A stretch of 24,000 nucleotides of DNA from Brevibacillus phage Jenst. Below are positions 15,753 through 22,959 of the stretch, in pieces. The stretch lies in the sequence record NC_028805.1, one strand, 5' to 3'. The first letter of the stretch is position 1, and the number at the start of each line of letters is the position of its first letter. Position numbers and translations under genes: made by a program. The notes under the pieces are model-generated. The model saw only the letters and a program-made list of their open reading frames with translations. It had not been told where the DNA came from and made no database searches.

Positions 15753-16856
15753 CTATAATTCGATTAATTCCCCCACAATATCGGTATTAATGTTCTTTCT
15801 TGTCTTACTTTTCGACTTTTCTTTAACTAAACTTCCCTCAACTCTTAGTAGTTCTTCCATCAAAGGAAGACCGTTATATTTGAGATAGGCGTTAACCATA
15901 CCATTAAAATCTTCACGTGCCATCCAGATATCTTGTTTAGAATGAGACGCATCCCCTTCTTGATAGATAGAAATGTACCCACAAATATTGGATAACGAAA
16001 TATCCCCATATTCCCTTCCTTCTTGCTGATAAATAAGTTCATCTTCAAAAAATCTGCCGTTGCTCTCAGCGCAATTATATCTTTGTGTAATTTCACCAAA
16101 ATTCTGATAAAATCTGTTGGCCAATGCAAACACCTGAAGAATTAGGTTGATCGTGTCTTGACAATCCTTAATTACTACGAATTCTTTTTCCGTGTGTTCA
16201 TTGTAGTATCCTGCGGATAGATTGACTGAGTGAATACCATTAGAAGAAAAGGTAATAGCATCAGACGTTCCACCGCCCACAACTTTCCAGTCCATGTCCA
16301 AGAGGCCAGAGCAATTCTCAAAGAATTTACCTACAGCCTCAGAGCAGAAATTATAAGGTGCGCCACAACCAGTTACGATATCACGATTACCTCGGCGATC
16401 AACTACAATCGCAAGGTCTACATCCTCATACCAGTTAACATCCATCTTTCTCGAACCTACGCAACCAATTTCTTCAGATACAGTAAATGCTACCTTAATG
16501 TTCCCGTTGAAATCAATTTTGTCAATGTTACGCAGTACACTCATGATGATCGCTATCCCCGCCCTATCATCTGCACCCAGTACACCTTTTGTGCTGAAGA
16601 ATACACCATTTTTCTCAATGACTTTGCGGCCCTTTTGTATATTCTTCACACTATCCATATGAGCAGAAAGCATGACTATCGCGCCGTTGCCATCTCCGCA
16701 TTTCTTTTCTGCAAGAAGGTTGCCTGCCGCGTCTACGTGAATCTTATCAACCAACTCAACCAATTTAGGTTCGAGGTACTTACGGACTTTCGTTTCTTGG
16801 CCAGACGGTGCTTCGATACAAAGTAGTTCGAATAGTTGTTGCTCGAAAGATACCAT
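15753..16856 (-). CDS. M42/M20/M28-like zinc metallopeptidase
   Basis: LLCIEAPSGQE, MLSAHMDSV, GVLGADDRAGIAI, VSEEIGCVGS, IVVDRRG, GGGTSDAITFSS and NLSAGYYNEHTEKEF fit the co-catalytic metal and catalytic residues of this peptidase group. Confidence 0.85.
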   Translation of the reverse strand: MVSFEQQLFELLCIEAPSGQETKVRKYLEPKLVELVDKIHVDAAGNLLAEKKCGDGNGAIVMLSAHMDSVKNIQKGRKVIEKNGVFFSTKGVLGADDRAGIAIIMSVLRNIDKIDFNGNIKVAFTVSEEIGCVGSRKMDVNWYEDVDLAIVVDRRGNRDIVTGCGAPYNFCSEAVGKFFENCSGLLDMDWKVVGGGTSDAITFSSNGIHSVNLSAGYYNEHTEKEFVVIKDCQDTINLILQVFALANRFYQNFGEITQRYNCAESNGRFFEDELIYQQEGREYGDISLSNICGYISIYQEGDASHSKQDIWMAREDFNGMVNAYLKYNGLPLMEELLRVEGSLVKEKSKSKTRKNINTDIVGELIEL

Positions 16857-16899
16857 ATATAATTTCCCCTTGATAATAGATTTTATTTCCCCCGTGAAT

Positions 16900-16932
16900 T
16901 AAATAAATTGTTTAGGGGTATTGTTAATCCTG
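16900..16932 (-). promoter_or_regulatory. degenerate palindromic promoter P6 (minus)
   Basis: GGGGTATTGTTAATCC. TTAACA (16922-16927), 16 bp, TATTTA (16900-16905). Located upstream of the peptidase. Confidence 0.5.
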
Positions 16933-16973
16933 TTATATGTGATCGAAGAGGCACTTCCTTCTCTGTCGCCTAA

Positions 16974-17006
16974 ATTAAATCATATGCTTAGGCGTATTTA
17001 CAATAC
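16974..17006 (-). promoter_or_regulatory. degenerate palindromic promoter P7 (minus)
   Basis: Core GTATT-TAC-AATAC (16994-17006). Reverse strand TTGTAA, 18 bp, TTTAAT with CCTAAGCATATG in the spacer. Just after the terminator at 17016. Confidence 0.45.
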
Positions 17007-17010
17007 TCCT

Positions 17011-17035
17011 AAAAAATGGGCGAATATACGCCCAT
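17011..17035 (-). terminator. rho-independent terminator
   Basis: Minus strand ATGGGCG-TATATT-CGCCCAT followed by T-run, abutting the stop of ORF 17036..17338. Confidence 0.75.
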
Positions 17036-17338
17036 TTATAATTCCAGTTCTTCCAATGAACTCTTAATATCACTGACCTCATCAAACGCTTCCTCGATCG
17101 TTTCTAACCTGTCTTGCAGGTCATTTAAAAAATCCCTATGTTCTTCTAGTTTGTCATATTTATCTTGTTGTTTGTCAGTCAATTCATCTTTCTCATCTAA
17201 CTTTTCAATCTCGTCGTCAACTTTATCAAGCAGATCAGAAACTTCTTCCTGCAATTCTTTTAATTCCGCAGTAGCAAACCCATCGTCAATAGTTTCAGCC
17301 AATCGGAGCAATTTCTTTTTATCCTTCACTTTAATCAT
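17036..17338 (-). CDS. acidic coiled-coil hypothetical protein, 100 aa
   Basis: Highly charged helical sequence ELKELQEEVSDLLDKVDDEIEKLDEKDEL. Framed by a promoter and a terminator. Confidence 0.7.
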   Translation of the reverse strand: MIKVKDKKKLLRLAETIDDGFATAELKELQEEVSDLLDKVDDEIEKLDEKDELTDKQQDKYDKLEEHRDFLNDLQDRLETIEEAFDEVSDIKSSLEELEL

Positions 17339-17384
17339 TACTTACCTTCTCCTTTTCCCAATTCAAATGTACTTGACTAAACAA

Positions 17385-17420
17385 ATTATATAACATGATT
17401 TGGAGTATTGTCAATACCCC
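17385..17420 (-). promoter_or_regulatory. palindromic promoter P8 (minus)
   Basis: GGAGTATTGTCAATACCCC (17402-17420), one mismatch. TTGACA (17409-17414), 18 bp, TATAAT (17385-17390). Confidence 0.75.
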
Positions 17421-17690
17421 GATAAACTAGAATCGACTTATGTTGATATCCGTCATTGCATGCTGACCGTACCGACTGGAGACCAGCAGTAAAAATCGCC
17501 CGGTTTTTTAGAGTCGCCGCCTAATATAGTATTTTCATCTTTATCTATCTCCGGGCCATTCTAGCAATGTCGGGCTTATAACTAATCAGCATATCTGATA
17601 GACTCCTTAGTTAATACCCCTGCCGAGCCACAATTAATAATCAGAGAATTTTTCCTGTGGGCAAGCACTTTCTAACCTAGCGCCATTCCA

Positions 17691-18001
17691 TTTGTCAATA
17701 GTTTATCAAAAAAAATTATTTTTGTCAAATTACCTATTGACAAATAGTTTTGATCACGTTCTAAATTTATTGTCAATATGTTTTTATATTTTCATTTTAT
17801 AATCAATAGGCAACGCCCTTCGAATACACGTTCCCACAAACCTATTCCACGAAAACCCATTCCATACTATTCTTATTTAGATAATCGGATTTCATATATA
17901 AAACTTATTTCAGTTTGTCAAGCGATCATAACATTTCAGTTTTGTCAAAGATCATATAATTTAATTTTGTCAATAAGGATCAATTAAATTTTATTTGTCA
18001 A
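17691..18001. repeat. TTTGTCAA repeat region (iteron-like)
   Basis: TTTGTCAA at 17691, 17721, 17914, 17941, 17966 and 17994, inverted TTGACAAA at 17737, and TTGTCAAT at 17770. The last four are spaced 27, 25 and 28 bp, three of them with GATC a few bp downstream. Confidence 0.65.
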
Positions 18002-18195
18002 TAGGGGTTAACTGGTGATTTTAAATTGAGAATCATTATCAAGCATCGCCACACAGGCAAGGAAGCCTCTAAAATCGTTTGTAATTTTTACCCATAACAT
18101 CATACAGGGTATAGCAAGAAATCGTTATACAAGGAGAAAAAATACTCATACTATTTAGAATCTCAAAAACCTTGTCATTACTACACTATTCCGCC

Positions 18196-18220
18196 CATAC
18201 ATATACAGGGTATATGTATG
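18196..18220. repeat. perfect inverted repeat, 11-bp arms
   Basis: CATACATATAC-AGG-GTATATGTATG in the intergenic region. Confidence 0.6.
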
Positions 18221-18380
18221 GTGTGTCCTTTTCTTATAATTGTGTCCAATCTGTTAATGAAAATCGTTTTTAAGGTTTCATTTTTGCATTATATAGAAGG
18301 AACACATTTTTCTACTCCCTGCAAAACGAATACCTTCTATTATAGCGAAAATATGCAATGAAATTTTTCAACTTTTTTTA

Positions 18381-18418
18381 AATACCCCCTTTACAGGGTA
18401 TTACAATACGTGTATAGT
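18381..18418 (+). promoter_or_regulatory. candidate plus-strand promoter P9 with overlapping inverted repeat
   Basis: AATACCC(18381-18387)...GGGTATT(18396-18402). TTTACA (18390-18395), 17 bp, TATAGT (18413-18418). Upstream of ORF 18573. Confidence 0.6.
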
Positions 18419-18453
18419 AGTAATCAAATAAAAGAATGACAACAGAGGCACGC

Positions 18454-18510
18454 TAGAAGGCACATATGGTGCGGCGTTCCCCTCCTGTTAGAAGGCACAT
18501 ATGGTGCGGC
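18454..18510 (+). repeat. two direct copies of a 22-bp leader repeat
   Basis: TAGAAGGCACATATGGTGCGGC at 18454-18475 and 18489-18510. Each contains the small dyad GCAC-ATATG-GTGC. Confidence 0.8.
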
Positions 18511-18572
18511 AGGGTAAAACAATAATGAAAAGATTAATCCATACAGATTAAACAAAAGGAAGGTAAGTCATT

Positions 18573-19973
18573 ATGAATAAATTGAGTTTAGAGTCTGATG
18601 CTTTCCTCCGTTCTTCTGCTGTTGCTAGTGGTTTCCTAAACGCCAATATTCACTTGAGAGAAGTGTCAGCATATTATCTGTACAATGAACGTTTTGTCGG
18701 TTTTAACGATTTGGGATTGAATGAGAAAGGTTACACTAGTTTTATCCCTTCTGTTAAATTGAACGTAGAAGACGCTTGGCAGAGGATTGTACACAGTAGT
18801 GAATACGATACATATTTTGCCAAGGTGGTTAAATTTGATAATTTTGAAGAACGTCATGCATGGGGTCAGTTATTTTGGATGGTACGCGGCTTGTGTCATA
18901 AGGACATTATTGCCCGCAATGTTACGCCGGAAATTATCAATCACATTCGTAACAAGAAAAAAGAGTTTGAGAGTTTCAGAAAATGCCCTTCATCCCCTAA
19001 ACTAGCCAAGCTTATCGGTTTCTTGTTTGGCGAAAAAGCAGGCGGAGCAATGGACTGGCTTACAACAAAATGTCCACGGGAAGACAAAGCAGGCAAGTTA
19101 GATGAATATCGAATTTTTATAAGTGTATTGCCGCACAACGTGGCAGGAATGTCGTACTACTCTTCTAAAAATCATGGCGGCTCTTCTTGGCAAGGTCACA
19201 ATGGCACAAGCTGTCAAGACCCGTCACGAACACATAGACATGACTTAATCAATCACCTGCCCGCCTCTTTGTCAGAAAATACTTTAGCTATTGCTTGGTT
19301 GGCTAAACGTGAAAATAATGATATTTGGCATCCGGTGTATGAAGCTAGGGCAAATATTCGTTTAATACCTTGCAAAAACAAAAACTTGTTCTTGATTTGC
19401 TCGGCTTATTTCACTAACCCAACCGCAAGTTCAATACTGATTGAAGGGTTGAAAAATCAATATCCTGAAATGATGATTTACGCTCCTGATGTACAGGTTT
19501 ACGGTGTTGATGTCATGGACATTGAGGTAACTATAGATTCCGTAGAATATGAGGGGCAGAACGTTTGTGAGTGCTATGCGTGTAGCGGTACAGGAGAAGT
19601 GGAAATTGACTGCCCTTCATGCAATGGGCTTGGCGATGAATGTCGAGAGTGTGAAGAATGTGGAGGTTACGGTAGCGTGTGCAGTGAAGACGGCGAAGAG
19701 AAAGACACCTGCTCCTATTGTCATGGAGAAGGCGAATTTAATACAGAATGCGGAGACTGTGGAGGCAATAGGTACTTTCAAGTGGAATGCTCTTCATGCG
19801 ATGGGACGGGATACCAAACCGAATTTGATGACATCTATCTACCCTACATTGATGACACCCATGTAATTCTTTGTGAAAGTGAAATGATAATATATACCCT
19901 CCCCATAGATTTGTTGATTGAAATGGGAGCTATAGACGTGGAATGCGAAGAACTAGAGGAATATGAAGCATAG
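18573..19973 (+). CDS. protein with DnaJ-type multi-CxxCxGxG zinc-finger-like domain
   Basis: Long ORF with AAAGGAAGG SD. Cys-rich region: CYACSGTG, CPSCNGLG, CEECGGYG, CSYCHGEG, CGDCGGNR, CSSCDGTG. No J-domain HPD visible. Confidence 0.8.
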   Translation: MNKLSLESDAFLRSSAVASGFLNANIHLREVSAYYLYNERFVGFNDLGLNEKGYTSFIPSVKLNVEDAWQRIVHSSEYDTYFAKVVKFDNFEERHAWGQLFWMVRGLCHKDIIARNVTPEIINHIRNKKKEFESFRKCPSSPKLAKLIGFLFGEKAGGAMDWLTTKCPREDKAGKLDEYRIFISVLPHNVAGMSYYSSKNHGGSSWQGHNGTSCQDPSRTHRHDLINHLPASLSENTLAIAWLAKRENNDIWHPVYEARANIRLIPCKNKNLFLICSAYFTNPTASSILIEGLKNQYPEMMIYAPDVQVYGVDVMDIEVTIDSVEYEGQNVCECYACSGTGEVEIDCPSCNGLGDECRECEECGGYGSVCSEDGEEKDTCSYCHGEGEFNTECGDCGGNRYFQVECSSCDGTGYQTEFDDIYLPYIDDTHVILCESEMIIYTLPIDLLIEMGAIDVECEELEEYEA

Positions 19974-20022
19974 TTAAACGGCGGACATACCCGCCCTACT
20001 CTACCGTATAGGAGGAATTTAA

Positions 20023-20208
20023 ATGTCATTAAGTTATGTTATAAGGTCAGGAGAATATCTAGGATTTTGTGAGAAAAAAGGCTATGTTTATAGTGTTTTT
20101 CGTGGTTACTCTCCCGCAGGTGCGAAACGTTTTGCTGTTGTCTCCCTACTTGGTGGGCAAGTTGATACTCTTATGGTATTTGAAGGGGCGGCTAATTGTA
20201 CAGCTTAG
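20023..20208 (+). CDS. hypothetical protein, 61 aa
   Basis: ORF with TAGGAGGAATTTAA SD. Confidence 0.7.
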   Translation: MSLSYVIRSGEYLGFCEKKGYVYSVFRGYSPAGAKRFAVVSLLGGQVDTLMVFEGAANCTA

Positions 20209-20232
20209 TGGGTATTATTTTATACATTTTAA

Positions 20233-20267
20233 GGGTATTGACAATACTCCTAAACATGGTATACAAT
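20233..20267 (+). promoter_or_regulatory. palindromic promoter P10 (plus)
   Basis: GGGTATTGACAATACTCC. TTGACA (20238-20243), spacer with TAAACATG, TATACAAT (20260-20267). Confidence 0.75.
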
Positions 20268-20387
20268 TAATTTATAACCAATGAATGATCTGATACTTAC
20301 TGTAATAAAATTCCAGTACAACAAGGTCATGAACCAGACAGAAATCAAAATACATTGGTTATGCGACGTTTGTAGAAATTCTTTTAG

Positions 20388-20420
20388 GGTATTGTAAATA
20401 CCCCTAAACATGCTATAGAA
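20388..20420 (+). promoter_or_regulatory. palindromic promoter P11 (plus)
   Basis: GGGTATT-GTA-AATACCC (20388-20404). TTGTAA (20393-20398), 16 bp, TATAGA (20415-20420), with TAAACATG in the spacer. Confidence 0.72.
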
Positions 20421-20462
20421 AGTATTGATAGAATTAAACAACAATCTAGGAGGAATTTTCCA

Positions 20463-20819
20463 ATGACTGAATTTGAAACAATGATTAACGGTGGCAATGA
20501 AATCAAAAACGCCATTAACTGCGTTATTTTTGATCTAGGAAAAGGCGGCACTTTTGACGCTTGGGTTAACGCCGATTCAATTGTTGAGGTTGAAAGAAAA
20601 TTACCATTGGGCTATGAACTTGATAAGATCACTACCCTGCAAAATTACTTTGCTCCTGCTATCGTTGATGAATTTGAAATCGAAATTAGGAATAGTCAAT
20701 ATATTTACTTTGAAAAATTCACTAGATTATATGACGGTGGCTTTTATAGATACATTGACGCAATGAAGTCAGGGGACTACACAGCCACAGTAAGACTAGA
20801 TAGACAGTCTCGACGCTAA
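20463..20819 (+). CDS. hypothetical protein, 118 aa
   Basis: ORF with CTAGGAGGAATTTTCC SD, downstream of P11. Confidence 0.72.
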   Translation: MTEFETMINGGNEIKNAINCVIFDLGKGGTFDAWVNADSIVEVERKLPLGYELDKITTLQNYFAPAIVDEFEIEIRNSQYIYFEKFTRLYDGGFYRYIDAMKSGDYTATVRLDRQSRR

Positions 20820-20991
20820 AGCAAGGCGAAACCTACTGCCCTACTGGGGCGGCATGGGTCAGATGTGAAGGCAAACAAGCCCTATATAAATAGTGTTGCG
20901 GCACTTACAAGCCCATTAAGCCGCAAGCGTTAGCCCTTCCGGGGCTAGGTTGGGAAACCAAAAATACCATACTTTTAGGAGTTGATATATT

Positions 20992-21390
20992 ATGTCAAAA
21001 ATGATTCGTTTTACCTTTGACCGCATGGCTACACCTTGGGACAATGAGCAAGGTGCGGCGACTTCCTCCCAATTCTGGCACGTAGCCACTGAAAAGGTAG
21101 AATTTATCCTATCGGATGAACTGACCGCCACGCAAGCCCTAGAAAAAGCCCTAGCCGCCAACTATGTAGGCGGTATGGAAATTATGGTTTTTGAGGATGG
21201 GCGGCTAACTGGAAACCGCATTGAAAATGGAGACGGTAAAGAACTAACATCGGAAGACTGCGACAACTATCAAAAAATTGGAAAACCTATGTATCTGGTT
21301 GATTATTCTATCTATGTCAAGATATATGAGGTAACCGAACCGGACACCGCCGCCCTTTGTAAACTATTTCCAGAACTCAAACAATACTAG
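20992..21390 (+). CDS. hypothetical protein, 132 aa
   Basis: ORF with TTAGGAG SD. Confidence 0.7.
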   Translation: MSKMIRFTFDRMATPWDNEQGAATSSQFWHVATEKVEFILSDELTATQALEKALAANYVGGMEIMVFEDGRLTGNRIENGDGKELTSEDCDNYQKIGKPMYLVDYSIYVKIYEVTEPDTAALCKLFPELKQY

Positions 21391-21402
21391 GAGGACTAGA
21401 CA

Positions 21403-21609
21403 ATGAGCAGACCGCAAGCATATGACCCACAGTATGGATATATGTACCAAATATTAGTACGAACTCCCTATGCTAGAGCTTATGAGCTATGCCACCGACA
21501 ACGCAGACCTAAGACACCTATTGACAAACTACCGCCAAGCTTACGGCATAGGCTACACATTCAAAACCGAACCCCTACCCCAAAAGTACTGGAAATAGGG
21601 GAAGTTTAG
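21403..21609 (+). CDS. hypothetical protein, 68 aa
   Basis: ORF with TAGGAGGACTAGACA SD. Confidence 0.6.
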   Translation: MSRPQAYDPQYGYMYQILVRTPYARAYELCHRQRRPKTPIDKLPPSLRHRLHIQNRTPTPKVLEIGEV

Positions 21610-21802
21610 GAGGGAATTTGGACATAGTTCAGGGTGATGGGGTACTTTGAAGGGGTATTTTTATAAAGGATACAAGAGAAATTTTCTATTTCAATATAGA
21701 CTATGGTATGATTTTTTTTCATACGACAAAAAAGGGGAAATTGCAAAGAGGAAGAAGCTAAATAGAATACAGCTTAAATTGAGAATGAAAAGGGGTTTTA
21801 GA

Positions 21803-22345
21803 ATGGCAACGATTGTGTATCATGGTTCTGCAATGAAATTTGATAGATTTGATTATGACAAAATAGGTGAAAATGCTACAGCTGAAGGCTTTGGGTTTTA
21901 CTTTACAAGCAAAAAATCTATTGCGGAAAATTATGCCCATAAAGGGTACTTGTATACAGTGGAGTTTATGGGGAAAAAATCTTTATCGAGTACCAAGAAA
22001 ACAATTACAAAAAATCAACTAAAAAAATTCTTAGAGCGTCTGAATGAAACAGGCGAATATCTATCAAATTATGGTGATATAAAGTATGAAGGTTTTAATA
22101 ATGTTCTGCAAAATGCTGTTGAGTTGGAGTGGGAAAATAGCAACAACGATGTAGACCTTATCTGTTCTATCTGCAATGCATATGGTGGGAAAGAGGAAGT
22201 TTTGACAGAATTGTATAATATGTTTGGTTATGACCATATTCAAATTAACGCCGAGTGGGGAAATAGCGAAGACATTGAAAATTGTCTATTTATTGCAACA
22301 GTCAATGGGGCGTTTAAAATAATTAACGTAGAGAAATTTAAATAA
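21803..22345 (+). CDS. ADP-ribosyltransferase-like phage protein (ART/polyvalent type)
   Basis: MATIVYHGSAMKFDRFDYDKIGENATAEGFGFYFTSKKSIAENYA resembles the YHG(S/T)...F..FD..KIG...G.G.YFT....A..Y pattern. The listed start is 21647. The 52-aa extension is basic and unlike the domain, and GGGG precedes ATG 21803. Confidence 0.6.
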   Translation: MATIVYHGSAMKFDRFDYDKIGENATAEGFGFYFTSKKSIAENYAHKGYLYTVEFMGKKSLSSTKKTITKNQLKKFLERLNETGEYLSNYGDIKYEGFNNVLQNAVELEWENSNNDVDLICSICNAYGGKEEVLTELYNMFGYDHIQINAEWGNSEDIENCLFIATVNGAFKIINVEKFK

Positions 22346-22381
22346 GATATAAGTTCTATTTAGAATGGAGGATGAACGATA

Positions 22382-22771
22382 ATGTTACAAGTGAAAATTG
22401 AATTAAATGGCAAAACAATGAGCGATATTGAAGATGCTTTGGAGGAGGCTAAGAAAAAAATATTGGAAGGGTACGGTAGTGGATTTGATAGCAATGACTC
22501 TGGAAGCTATAGCTTTCAAGTAGATGGTGAAGAGGATAAGCCAAGGTATGTGATTGGCGATAGAGTTAGGGTTTCCAGTGAAAACGATAACAAAAATTAC
22601 GACAGCTTTAGAGATAAGGTTCTCATTGTTACAGATGTTGCGTCAAGCAGGGAAGAGCACCAAGGCTACGATGATTCGGCGGACGGCATGGCTTTATACA
22701 GCTTTGAAACAGAAGATGGGGAGGAAGTATCTTGCTCCCTGTACGAACACGAATTGGAGGATGCAGAGTAA
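22382..22771 (+). CDS. hypothetical acidic protein, 129 aa
   Basis: Intact ORF with GGAGG SD. RYVIGDRVRVSS...DKVLIVTDV suggests a small beta/KOW-like segment (weak). Confidence 0.7.
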   Translation: MLQVKIELNGKTMSDIEDALEEAKKKILEGYGSGFDSNDSGSYSFQVDGEEDKPRYVIGDRVRVSSENDNKNYDSFRDKVLIVTDVASSREEHQGYDDSADGMALYSFETEDGEEVSCSLYEHELEDAE

Positions 22772-22807
22772 ATAAAATATGAATTCATTAATGGAGGGCG
22801 GCAAGGT

Positions 22808-22948
22808 ATGAATAATATTCAAGAGGCACTAAATGCAATAGAAAAGGAATTATATGAGTTGGAAATGGAAGGAGAAAGCAACACCCTGCATTACTGGCAA
22901 CTAATGGAGATACAAGCAAAACTAAAACAGTACATAACACAACTATAG
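22808..22948 (+). CDS. small hypothetical protein, 46 aa (not in ORF track)
   Basis: My reading: MNNIQEALNAIEKELYELEMEGESNTLHYWQLMEIQAKLKQYITQL*. Upstream GGAGGGCGGCAAGGT. Confidence 0.55.
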   Translation: MNNIQEALNAIEKELYELEMEGESNTLHYWQLMEIQAKLKQYITQL

Positions 22949-22959
22949 GGGGTTGAGGA

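Noticed and set aside
15860-16129. 89-aa minus-strand ORF inside the peptidase
   Set aside because: Nested out-of-frame ORF on the same strand without an SD. The peptidase frame carries the motifs.
16230-16826. 198-aa plus-strand ORF
   Set aside because: It lies wholly antisense to the metallopeptidase, whose catalytic motifs are intact. Composition and lack of SD suggest a shadow ORF.
17691-18001. Possible CRISPR array
   Set aside because: The repeat core is only about 8 bp, the intervals are 17-20 bp and resemble each other, and no cas genes are present. Iteron-like repeats fit better.
18454-18510. Two 22-bp repeats considered as a minimal CRISPR or attachment-site duplication
   Set aside because: Only two copies with a 13-bp gap, no integrase in the window, and placement in a 5' leader.
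17400-18570. tRNA genes in the non-coding hub
   Set aside because: I saw no T-loop GTTCRANNC with a matching acceptor/anticodon arrangement by eye. tRNAscan-SE would be decisive.
19549-19866. 105-aa plus-strand ORF in another frame of the Cys-rich gene
   Set aside because: Explained as a frame-shifted shadow of repetitive Cys/Gly-rich coding sequence.
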